Shown: positions 14,109 through 26,493, counted from the stretch's first letter. The stretch: DNA of 64,000 nucleotides from Entomortierella parvispora E1425 (GCA_020891255.1 BQFW01000003.1:1364001-1428000), one strand, 5' to 3'. The notes: generated from the sequence alone by a model not told the origin. A program made the numbers and translations.

Positions 14109-14645
14109 CTACACCCATTCGTACATATGTGCACCGTCTCGCATTCTACTGAGATCAAACTGCCCACTCTACGGTAACACAACAACTTAAAAAGAGTCGG
14201 CCGTGCACGCTCTTGTTGGAGGAGGACGGTGTTGCCTGGTATTTCACATCGAGCCAACACCTTGCAGGTGTGCGGACCAAACCGCACCGTTTTGAGAAAG
14301 AGCATAGGAGTTGCCCACAACACAGGTTGCCTCTTAAATCCCCATGTTGTTCTATTCCTGCGCCAAGTCGACGGACAAGAGAACACCACTTTGTTGTTGT
14401 TGTTTCTGTCTTTTTTTTTTTTTTTTTTTGTTTGTTTTGTTGCTTGATCAAGTATTTATTCTCATCATCTATAGAGGCTATGTGTTCTGTGGGCCTTGTC
14501 GTCTTGGCTCCTGGGGATCTGCTCACTTGGTCCCGTTTCTTGAAGACTGGCTTGTCGGATCTGTTCTTGAGGACCTGTCCCTATTAAGACTCTTGCCAAA
14601 GAGGAGAGAGGGGGGAGGGAAGGGGAGGGGAGGGCGACTTACCAT
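14109..14645 (-). other. Putative spliced micro-ORF MSGQFDLSRMRDGAHMYEWV* (ATG 14645-14643, intron 14642-14169, exon 14168-14109)
   Basis: ATG|GTAAGT donor and TGTGTTACCGTAG|AGTGGG acceptor-like site on the minus strand; no expression evidence. Confidence 0.3.
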
Positions 14646-15864
14646 ATCATCATATCATAGCATCACATCATTCATATCATCAAGAGACCAGCATAGCATC
14701 CATACATCATATCATCAAGCAACCGAGCATAGCATTCATACAGCAAGTCATCAAAACTCAACATAGCATGCAAACATCAAGTCATCAAGCAACAAGTCAT
14801 CATATCCAACATAGCATTCATACATCAAGACATCATACATCAAGCATTCATACATCAAGACATCACACATTAAGGCATCATACATCAAGGCATCATACAT
14901 CAAGGCATCATACATCAAGGCAACATACATCAAGTCATCATATCCAACATAGCATTCATACATCAAGGCATCAAGGTATCAAGGTCATCTAAGCGGTGGG
15001 CAAGAACGAGAGTTTTGGTGAGAGCAAGGTTCGTTTCGTTGAGGAGACAGACTGGGAAGAGAGGGGGAAGACTGGAGGCAAGAGTATTAGGGGGAAAAAA
15101 GCAGGAAAAAGAAAAAGGTGAAGGTGTTAGCGCTGAAAGCCGGAAACGAGAGAAAAGAGAATAGCAGGCGGTCGGACAGGAAGGGGCAAGAAGGGCGAGT
15201 GAGGAACTGGTTGCGAAGGAAGGAAAGGTGTTGGAGAGGTATGGACAGCTGCGGAGAGAGTGTGGGAACAGTGGATGGGTGTTGGGGCATGGTGGTGTGG
15301 AAAGGGAAGTGGAAGGGTGAAGAACAGAAAGGAAAAGGCGAAAAGCGAAGCAGATAAAGGCAGGCCACACGCACGCACGCACGCACGCAACGTCAGAGGA
15401 AGGCGGCAACATCGTACAGGCTTCGCTGTTGCTGTTGACTGGGAGGGAGATAGCGGAGGAGATAGGGAGGGAGAGGCAGAAAGAAGACATGCGGAAAGGA
15501 CCGAGGAAGAGAGAGAGAGACGGACGGACGGATGGACGGACACACGGGATTGACACGAACTGATCAAACTCTTTTTTTTTTTTTTTGGCTTTTTTTTCTT
15601 CGGGGGAGGTCCCTTCATTTGACTGGCAAGACGACCGGGAATCTGAAGTAGGAGTGAAGATTGGAAGAGAAGATGGAGAAAGAGCAGCTGGAGCAGGAGG
15701 AGGGTACAGTGTCTGCGGTGTCTGCGTTACTGATCTGTCATGAATATTGGAAGAGAAAGAGAAAAAGGGAGAGAAAAAGGGAGAGAAAGAGACATTTCTT
15801 GGACAAGCTTGATTATGGAGCAGAGTACCCTTCCTCTCTTCTCTCTCCTGAGGACACGCTTCGC
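14194..15864. repeat. Left arm of a long inverted repeat (1671 bp)
   Basis: Reverse complement of 16110-17780. The ORF track shows mirrored identical ORFs (14751-14966 minus = 17007-17222 plus; 14768-14992 plus = 16981-17205 minus). The only differences seen are four 1-bp homopolymer indels. Confidence 0.97.
14643..14988 (-). repeat. Minisatellite (TTGATGTATGATGCC-like units, mostly 15-21 nt), left copy
   Basis: Tandem CATCATACATCAAGG-type units on the plus strand. Confidence 0.93.
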
Positions 15865-16109
15865 GTTATGACCATCAGCCTTCTTTCCGCTGCTTGACAG
15901 ACATTGTCGATGTTTGTGGTCCCTTCAAGTTAGAAAGAAATGACAGCTATTGAGTGTGAAGCGCCAGAAGAAATAGAGGTGAGAGTTCTGGACCATGTAT
16001 CATTGTCATTTCGTCCTTGATCATAAAACAGGCTCAAGTTCGTGGCTACCTTTACGTTTTATTGACAATATCGGCACCTTCCTTCGTTTCTTCTCTCTCT
16101 CCTGATGCA

Positions 16110-17780
16110 GCGAAGCGTGTCCTCAGGAGAGAGAAGAGAGGAAGGGTACTCTGCTCCATAATCAAGCTTGTCCAAGAAATGTCTCTTTCTCTCCCTTTTT
16201 CTCTCCCTTTTTCTCTTTCTCTTCCAATATTCATGACAGATCAGTAACGCAGACACCGCAGACACTGTACCCTCCTCCTGCTCCAGCTGCTCTTTCTCCA
16301 TCTTCTCTTCCAATCTTCACTCCTACTTCAGATTCCCGGTCGTCTTGCCAGTCAAATGAAGGGACCTCCCCCGAAGAAAAAAAAGCCAAAAAAAAAAAAA
16401 AAGAGTTTGATCAGTTCGTGTCAATCCCGTGTGTCCGTCCATCCGTCCGTCCGTCTCTCTCTCTCTTCCTCGGTCCTTTCCGCATGTCTTCTTTCTGCCT
16501 CTCCCTCCCTATCTCCTCCGCTATCTCCCTCCCAGTCAACAGCAACAGCGAAGCCTGTACGATGTTGCCGCCTTCCTCTGACGTTGCGTGCGTGCGTGCG
16601 TGCGTGTGGCCTGCCTTTATCTGCTTCGCTTTTCGCCTTTTCCTTTCTGTTCTTCACCCTTCCACTTCCCTTTCCACACCACCATGCCCCAACACCCATC
16701 CACTGTTCCCACACTCTCTCCCGCAGCTGTCCATACCTCTCCAACACCTTTCCTTCCTTCGCAACCAGTTCCTCACTCGCCCTTCTTGCCCCTTCCTGTC
16801 CGACCGCCTGCTATTCTCTTTTCTCTCGTTTCCGGCTTTCAGCGCTAACACCTTCACCTTTTCTTTTTCCTGCTTTTTCCCCCTAATACTCTTGCCTCCA
16901 GTCTTCCCCCTCTCTTCCCAGTCTGTCTCCTCAACGAAACGAACCTTGCTCTCACCAAAACTCTCGTTCTTGCCCACCGCTTAGATGACCTTGATACCTT
17001 GATGCCTTGATGTATGAATGCTATGTTGGATATGATGACTTGATGTATGTTGCCTTGATGTATGATGCCTTGATGTATGATGCCTTGATGTATGATGCCT
17101 TAATGTGTGATGTCTTGATGTATGAATGCTTGATGTATGATGTCTTGATGTATGAATGCTATGTTGGATATGATGACTTGTTGCTTGATGACTTGATGTT
17201 TGCATGCTATGTTGAGTTTTGATGACTTGCTGTATGAATGCTATGCTCGGTTGCTTGATGATATGATGTATGGATGCTATGCTGGTCTCTTGATGATATG
17301 AATGATGTGATGCTATGATATGATGATATGGTAAGTCGCCCTCCCCTCCCCTTCCCTCCCCCCTCTCTCCTCTTTGGCAAGAGTCTTAATAGGGACAGGT
17401 CCTCAAGAACAGATCCGACAAGCCAGTCTTCAAGAAACGGGACCAAGTGAGCAGATCCCCAGGAGCCAAGACGACAAGGCCCACAGAACACATAGCCTCT
17501 ATAGATGATGAGAATAAATACTTGATCAAGCAACAAAACAAACAAAAAAAAAAAAAAAAAAAAGACAGAAACAACAACAACAAAGTGGTGTTCTCTTGTC
17601 CGTCGACTTGGCGCAGGAATAGAACAACATGGGGATTTAAGAGGCAACCTGTGTTGTGGGCAACTCCTATGCTCTTTCTCAAAACGGTGCGGTTTGGTCC
17701 GCACACCTGCAAGGTGTTGGCTCGATGTGAAATACCAGGCAACACCGTCCTCCTCCAACAAGAGCGTGCACGGCCGACTC
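16110..17780. repeat. Right arm of the long inverted repeat (1671 bp); degenerate similarity extends to 17826 (left partner 14164)
   Basis: Inner junctions ...GGACACGCTTCGC (15864) and GCGAAGCGTGTCC... (16110); outer junctions GAGTCGGCCGTGCAC (14194) and GTGCACGGCCGACTC (17780). Confidence 0.97.
16985..17330 (+). repeat. Minisatellite (TTGATGTATGATGCC-like units), right copy
   Basis: Tandem ttgatgtatgatgcc / ttgatgtatgaatgc / tatgttggatatgatgac units. Confidence 0.93.
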
Positions 17781-17893
17781 ATTTTGAGTTGAATTTGTTT
17801 TGCTTTGCTGTGTTACCACAGAGTGGAGACGAAGTCCAGTCGTCCAAGGTTTACTGCTATGCATCAATTTGTATTGCCGAGAATATACTTTGA
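17328..17893 (+). other. Putative spliced micro-ORF MSGDEVQSSKVYCYASICIAENIL* (ATG 17328-17330, intron 17331-17821, exon 17822-17893)
   Basis: ATG|GTAAGT donor and TGTGTTACCACAG|AGTGGA acceptor-like site; no expression evidence. Confidence 0.3.
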
Positions 17894-18283
17894 TCTCTCC
17901 ACGCGCGCCTTCTATCTCTTGGAGTCATGAAAACGACGTTGATCTCTGCTCGCTCTGTGCAGCCGTCTTTTTTTTTATTTGGTCAGCCGTCTTCTACTCT
18001 CACCCATCGAGTCTCCACATGCCTCGGACAACTCGCTTGTATAACTCTTCAAACTCGGCCACGTTTTCTTTTGGTTGTTTTTTTTTATTCACGCTTTCAC
18101 CTAGATAAATAATATGGGATCCGCTAGATCAACTAGCTTGTAAATTGACTGCTGGAGTGTGGCCCTGCCATCACCCAGTGGGGGAGGTTATTTTTCTTGT
18201 CATTATCATCGGCTTAGGGGGAGGGATAACCATTTGACCTCGAACTTCCAGAGGACTTTCGGATCAAACGAGAAATCCAGTCT

Positions 18284-20399
18284 CTACTGGTAGAGGTGGC
18301 GACGACGGCGGGTGCTGGTGCAGGCAGATCCCTGGACCCAGACCGAATTGGATCCGGGGGTATCGCCCTGAGTCCACCATTGAGCGGTGTAGAGGTAGCC
18401 TCCATAGGTCACGGTCGCTCCGCTGTTGTAAGCCGTGCTCGAGGACCAGGCAGTGGAACCTCCACAGCCGCCGGGAGCATTCGTGGGGCTGGAACCACCA
18501 CAGGCACCGTTGTCAGTCCAGGGAGCTCCAGCGGTGGGGACATTGTTCTGAGACCACCACTGGGCGGTGTACTGGTGTCCGTTATACGAGACAACGGCGC
18601 CACCGTTATAGGCAGTGGTAGCCGACCAAGCTGGAGCTGTGCACGCACCGCCGGGAGCAGAGGTGGTGGTCGTGGGAGGGGCGTTGGTGGTCGTGGGCTG
18701 GGCCTGCGTGGTGGTCGAAGCGGGAGCGGTCACAGTGTTGGTCACGGTCACGGTAACGGTGGCAGAGGGGGAGGCTCCACCGCCAGGTTGAGGGATGGAG
18801 CCAGAGCAGCGAGCAACATTACCAAGAGCGGCCGCGCAGATCTGCTGAGCGGCGCTGGTTGCATCGACGTTGGTGGCGGCACCGGCGGGCTTGTACATCT
18901 CCCAGAAGAATCCACCGTTGGCACCCTGGACGGACAAGATGCTGGTGAGCTCGGACTGGATGAGGGGCAATTGATGGGTGGGGTCGTGGGTGGGATCTGG
19001 GTAAGCGGGGATACCAATCTCATAACCGACATGGGCCGACATGCCGTTGGCTGTGTACGAGTTAACGTAGTAGTTGACCTGCTCGCTGAGAGTGCAGGTG
19101 TTGGCATCGGGGCACTCATAGTACTGCTCGTTGTCAGACAGATCGTAGGTCATGATGTTGACACCACCGCCGTTGGCGACGAAGTTGTATGCATCGGGGT
19201 ACCAGGCGTGCATGTTGTACCAGATGTTCTTCAGGTTACCGCCCCACCAGGATGTGGAGAGACCACCAGCAGCGGAGGCGGCCGTGGCGAGCAACAACGA
19301 GGGCTGGATAGCCTGGATGTTGATTTGAACGTCCTTAATGATAGCAGTGTACTTGTAGACGGTCTGGTGAGAAGTCCATGGACCAGCAGAAGGACCGTTC
19401 CTGTAGTAATCAGCATGCCACATCTCCTCGTAATCTGAATGGAAGAAATAGAACAGGTTGCCAAAGGGGCAGATGAGTTAGAATATGTTGTATTCCCGTT
19501 GACAGCACTTTATTCCGCTTTGTGAGCTCTTACCAATATCGACACCGGTCAATCCGAGATCCTTGGCCAGGTAGACCAAATCTTGGTAGGGGTCACGGTT
19601 CTGAGTGAGAAAGTAGTCGCTGCCGGGGACGGTTAAGACCATACTGTTGTTGGTATCAGTCCAGCTGCGGCCTAATAATACGAAAGAACTCATCATTAGT
19701 CTTCTGCACCTACAAGCTTTCAACAAAGGGATATCGCCAAAGAAAGCAAAAAATAGATCCACACGTACCAGGAATCATCTGAGGATGCCAAACGACTCCG
19801 TCACCGCCAGCGGTGGCCTCGACATAGGTCTGAGCTTGTTGCCAGGTCGCTGAGTTGGAGGGCTCAGGAAAGATATCGAAATCGGCCAAAGTCGTGTTCT
19901 GGCTTGGGGGCTCGCAAGTGTAGCACCACATGTTGGTCGCTGTGCAGTTGGACAAGGTACCATACTCCTGGATCTTGTAGTAGTTGGGGGTGGATGTACC
20001 GTAGCCTCCGACCGAGTAGTAGGTGTAGGGATAGGGGAAGCATCCATAGTTCCAACCACCGACTGAGAGGAAGACCTGGACCCCACCGGCTTGGAGAGTC
20101 GCCACCTTGGCCTTCAAATCGGCGAAACCGTAGTCGGCCGTGTTGGCATAGTTCAATCCGACGTACTCCAAGGTGTTCGAGCTTGGGACGTAGACCATAT
20201 CAGGGCGAGCAAAAGCTAAAAAGACACGGTTCACAGGGATGCTGGCCGCGTTGTCGGCAAGGGCCTGGAGCTTGGAAGGACCTTCAATGGGGTCCAGCAA
20301 GAGATAACCACCAACAATATTGGAGGTGGCGGCCCCGACGGCGTTGCAAGCCAAAATGAGGGCCGAAGCGACCGACAGAAGTGTAGCTTTCAAAAGCAT
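18284..20399 (-). CDS. Secreted GH18 chitinase with Thr/Pro linker and two C-terminal CBM5/12 (ChtBD3-type) modules; 3 exons
   Basis: Signal peptide MLLKATLLSVASALILAC; VFLSVGGW (SxGG motif); spliced LGLTGVDID|YEE (DxDxE); two modules AWSATTAYNGGAVVSYNGHQYTAQWWS and AWSSSTAYNSGATVTYGGYLYTAQWWT. Confidence 0.9.
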
Positions 20400-22682
20400 T
20401 GGGAAGCGGTAGGGTGGAGGAGGGAAGGGGAGAGCTGTGTGGTGGTGGAAGAAGAGCTTGAAGAAATGTTGGATGTCCCAATTACGTCTGGTATTTATAC
20501 TCATCTACCATTTTTTTTTAAAAAAAAAATATAATGTACCCATCAATTGAACTGAAGATATTGAGAAGAATAGAGACCCTGGTCGTGAGAATGGTAAAAG
20601 ATCCGACAATCTAGGACCCTGATAGTAGAGAAACGATGACAAAGAGACAACAAGAGCTGAGGAGCTGACAGGGATCAAGCTCTGACCTTCATCATTAAAT
20701 GAGCCGTTTTTTACAAAGAAAGGCGACTCTGCAGTTCTGAGGAAACACAATCGATCGCTGACAGAGTCACCCTGAGGACCGAGGGGACACAAATTAGTTT
20801 GAACTTATCCGTGGAAACGGTAGAAAACATGCTCCGTGGCCAGGTGTGGCAAAAGCAAAAGCTTGTTGTTGGTTGTACATGCCCGTTTTTTGCCATGGTC
20901 ATTGTTTTTTGGTTACTCATTCGGGTCTGGGCAACACCAGTTCATCAAGGACCTGTGCGGCTAGAGATATTGTATCAGTTGTTGTTTTCCTTTTCTTGTG
21001 GTCCAACGCTTTTTACGCTCTAGGATCTTTTGTTGACAACGGAACAACCTATTCACATCGGCCATCGATATAAGCGTTATGGCCAAGGAATGATGTTGAC
21101 CCACAAAGGAAGATTATGCGAGATAGTGCACTGGTCTCCAACCTCTCCTCCTGAACCATAGCCATTTCTACCTTGCCATCAATTGTCAACCGTAGATTGT
21201 CAACAAAGAGAAAAACAAAGGAGAAAAAAAAGCCAACCGTTCTGCTGCCATCCATCAATTGCACCTTGCTCCTATTGCTTTCAGGACCCATCATCTTTCT
21301 TAATACCAGTAGCGGCAATTTTCCAAAATTGCATTGAGGAATTGCACAGAAATTAACGACGGTCAGGCACAAGGACAAAGTGTCAGGTAACAGCGGGTAT
21401 TATTCCATTATGAACAGCCAGTGCGTGGCGCCTTGGGCCGTTCCTTACTTTTTCCCTTTACCCATCCGCTCATTTGTGCGTCGCTGCAATTATATTGAAC
21501 CAGTAAGGAAGTAGACTAAAGCGAAATGTCGGGCACAACAACAAGCACAAAATCAATCACACGCGTTTGTTTCGCGAAAAGGGTGAATTGTGGCCACATC
21601 ATGCAGAGAAACAAGTTTTTGGGGCAAACATGGGTCTTGTTGTTCACGCGAGCCCACCCAATCAGAGAGCACGATCCTGGGGAGGCGAACCGTGCCCATC
21701 CCCTTGTGCCTGAACGATGAGGGGGGCACGATGGATGCGGTTGCAGATAGTTTGGGAGAGGGAAGAGCGAGTGCAACCGATCTTTGATCACGGTTTGGAA
21801 AATGGCCCTTGGCGTAGACTATTCGGCAGGCAACCACTGTCAACATGAGAGCCAGGGACAAACACGACTAAACCCTTGACAATAATAATGCCAAGTAAGT
21901 CTCTGATTTTTTTTTTACTTTGGGAGGCAGCTCCTTGTGGGAAAAAGAGGTATTGATGATTGAGCAAACACAAAGTCTGTGGACAACAAGGGGGTGAATT
22001 GGGAAGAGACCATTTCTGAACCGTGGTCAATCACTTGACATGATTATCCACTATCGGAAAAGATCTATTGGGTTGTCCGTGTTGACATTCGTTTCCGTCC
22101 ACAACCGTTGTGTTACCCACGGCGCTGATATTTTTCATGCTTATCTGCAGGGCCTAATATCTCATCCGTGGGGCGCACAATGATGGCAAATGGCGCTACG
22201 TTCTCATTCATTGTTCTCTCAAAGAGATACTACACCGTCTTGGAGAGCTTTCATTCTTGTCATTGACAACCATTGCAAAGGGCGTAGGCGACAAAAGGGG
22301 GACTACGGCTTTCATTGTCGAACCCAAGCATGCGTAAATATATCCTATCAGATCCAACAAATGCACAAACGCGATACCTACACCAAACAAAATGGACTCA
22401 ATCGGGTGAATATCTCTTGTGCCTCGACAATGTCATCACGGTACATAGATGTGCTCTGCGGTTATGATTGTGACCCTGCCCTGCGGGGTCAGGTGGTCTT
22501 GCACAGGCAACTCCAGGCGTCAAGTTGGACCATCGTTAAATTGAGATCTACTAGCAGGCACAAATGTGCGCCGCTCGGGTGCACGTCCACCCCCCCCATA
22601 TTCGACCACAAAATGCAAAAATGATGAGAATTGTTTATTGGTAGGGTGCAAAGGCAGTCAGATATAGGACGGGGTCTTGCTT

Positions 22683-24332
<1,650 letters not shown>

Positions 24333-24886
24333 TGCTGCTATGTTTTCTTTTCAAGAGTGGATTTGCTGAGCTGTATTTTGAGTGTGGGTTGGTTGGCAGG
24401 CGTGAGTCTGATGGGGTTGCGCGTTGTGCGATTCAAACGCTGCTGTCGAGTTGATGCAAAGAGATGTAATGAAAGAAAAAAAAAACTGGACGAGTTGTTT
24501 ATTGTGTTCTTCCGCGCAGTGAGGTCGTGTGCAATTATTGGACAACAATAAGGTGAACCCTCTGTTATTGCACATCAGAAAAGCAGTCCAATTCTTGGCC
24601 AATGCGAGTCATGACAGAAGGTGCTGTGGAACTCTCTTGCACCAGCAAAAAGGAGCGGAAAAGGCTGCAAACGGTCCAGAAAACCAACAGGCATTGCTGC
24701 TGTTGCTTCAGGTCACGTGAAAAATCGATACTCCAAATTTCGATTTGGTGGCGCCTCTCTGGCTCCCACTCTCGACTCTCCACTCTCGACAGATATTCGT
24801 GCAATGTGGGATATACTTGCAGAAATGAGAATGTAAATGAATGCGGTGAATGTTTTAATAAACCAACACTATGATACACTTTTGTA

Positions 24887-26284
24887 TCAATAAAAGTCAT
24901 CTACAAAGAGGTGAACCTTGGCCTTCTGGTGACCGTTCTTCCACTCGTTGAATTTGCGCACCGTCTGGTCTGAGATGTGTTGGTCGTGTTCGAATGCGAC
25001 CGCATAGTTTCCCAGGATATAGTCTGTCGAGAAGCTGCCTCGGTAAAGATTAATACACTCGAGAGCTCCCTGTGAACCCTGGAAGGCCAAGTCCCAGAAA
25101 AAAAGTGCCGGACTGAACTCGGGGACCTCGTAGATGTCAATGATCTTGAGATTTTTAAAGTCGCGGAAGGCTTCCATCACGAGCTTTAAGTCATCTCGCT
25201 GTGAGTTGATTTGCTTGTAGGTAAGAGTGATACGCTCGAGAGCATTGCACTTGTTGGACAGGAGCTCCAGAAGCGGAAGACCAAACCTGACCTTGTCACA
25301 GCGATGAAGCTCGAGCTCTGTCAGGGAGGTACTGGAGCTGGATTTCGCGATCCATTCCAAGGCCGAGTCTGTGATTTGATTGCACTCGCCCAGGCACAAC
25401 TGCTTGATCCCTGGACAGTGTTTTGCAACGGCAAGCAAAGAAATGTCGGTGATCTTTAGATTACCTGTCAATTTTAACACACGAAGGTTCCGCCGACAGA
25501 ACTTTGCTACGGCAAAGAGCCCAAGGTCCGTCACAAGTCTGCAGTAGGAAAGGTCAAGGGTCTCGAGGTATTGGCACCTATCGACAATGAGGGCCAAGGA
25601 CGTGTCTGTGACACCCGATGTCCCGGATAGATTCAGAGTGACAAGGTTGGGGAAAAAAGTGGGTAGGGATTTGATGCCAGGCTCTCGAATATCTGTGCAG
25701 GAACTCAGGTCCAAGCTTTCTAGTCCAGGATGGACAAAGGTACCGAGTTTGCGGAATGTCTGAGTCTGCACAAAAGGAGACGATGTCTTCTTGCCAGAGA
25801 GGCAGAGATATTGAAGCTTTGGCGCGCTTTGGAGGAGGGTCAGGAGCCACGTGTCCGGCAAGGTCGTGTACAGGGTCTCTTCGACCGAGGACATATCTAG
25901 ATAATTAATCATCTCTGCGGTCTCGGGGCGAAGGGACCGGTTGGTCATAGTTGTCAGGATCGATTGGATGCATTGAAGTGGCGTGAAGACAAAGCTATTG
26001 CTGAGCTGAGGCGACTTCCATAGCACTGGCATCACTGCTTGGTAGCACTGTTGGGAGTAAGCAAGAGACAGAAGGTTAGAGAGGTTAGAGTTGATGGGTT
26101 CGTCTGGGTGAACCAGGAGGGAAGGAGACGAGGTAGCACAACGACTTGCCTCGTGGTTGACCAAGCACAGAATCGCTAAGGTCTCGTTTGTGAGGGGAAT
26201 GCGCCTGACGACGATGGCGAGTGCATCGGGGAACAGTGAGAAGAATGATGGCGGCGCCAGCTGAGAGAAGAAGAAGTCGTCCAT
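24887..26284 (-). CDS. Cysteine-containing leucine-rich-repeat protein (RNI-like, FBXL/AMN1-like)
   Basis: Repeated LxxLdLSxCxxITDxxL units (LETLDLSYCRLVTDLGL, LKLTGNLKITDISL); degenerate F-box-like segment LAILCLVNHEASRCA; likely start MDDFFF at 26284. Confidence 0.8.
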   Translation of the reverse strand: MDDFFFSQLAPPSFFSLFPDALAIVVRRIPLTNETLAILCLVNHEASRCATSSPSLLVHPDEPINSNLSNLLSLAYSQQCYQAVMPVLWKSPQLSNSFVFTPLQCIQSILTTMTNRSLRPETAEMINYLDMSSVEETLYTTLPDTWLLTLLQSAPKLQYLCLSGKKTSSPFVQTQTFRKLGTFVHPGLESLDLSSCTDIREPGIKSLPTFFPNLVTLNLSGTSGVTDTSLALIVDRCQYLETLDLSYCRLVTDLGLFAVAKFCRRNLRVLKLTGNLKITDISLLAVAKHCPGIKQLCLGECNQITDSALEWIAKSSSSTSLTELELHRCDKVRFGLPLLELLSNKCNALERITLTYKQINSQRDDLKLVMEAFRDFKNLKIIDIYEVPEFSPALFFWDLAFQGSQGALECINLYRGSFSTDYILGNYAVAFEHDQHISDQTVRKFNEWKNGHQKAKVHLFVDDFY

Positions 26285-26493
26285 TGCAGGCGTGAAGGTG
26301 CGGGTGATTTGGAAAGACAGGGAGAGACAATGTAGACTGGAGTAGGGTAGGGCCAGGAGTAAGAGGGTAAGTGAAGGTGAGAATATGCAGAAAACAGGAA
26401 CGAGAGCAAAGGAAGGAAAGAAGGAAGGAAGAAAGGGGTGGATGTTCAAGGATTAAAGGAAGAAGAAGAAGGGACGAAGTAGAAGGGCGGAAC

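Noticed and set aside
14643-14988. Minisatellite considered as a CRISPR array or C/D snoRNA cluster
   Set aside because: No unique spacers and a eukaryotic context; UGAUGA motifs lack matching CUGA D boxes and guide segments
14963-16984. Many 60-200 aa ORFs inside the palindrome arms
   Set aside because: They arise from CT/GA-rich low-complexity sequence and are frameshifted between the arms by homopolymer indels
18296-19438. 380-aa Gly-rich ORF antisense to the chitinase
   Set aside because: Mirror of the Thr/Pro/Ala-rich, GC3-biased sense strand
22080-22624. Coding-like composition between the chitinase promoter and the RVB2 3' end
   Set aside because: Stops in all frames and no recognisable motif, so it cannot be supported as a gene or pseudogene without a search
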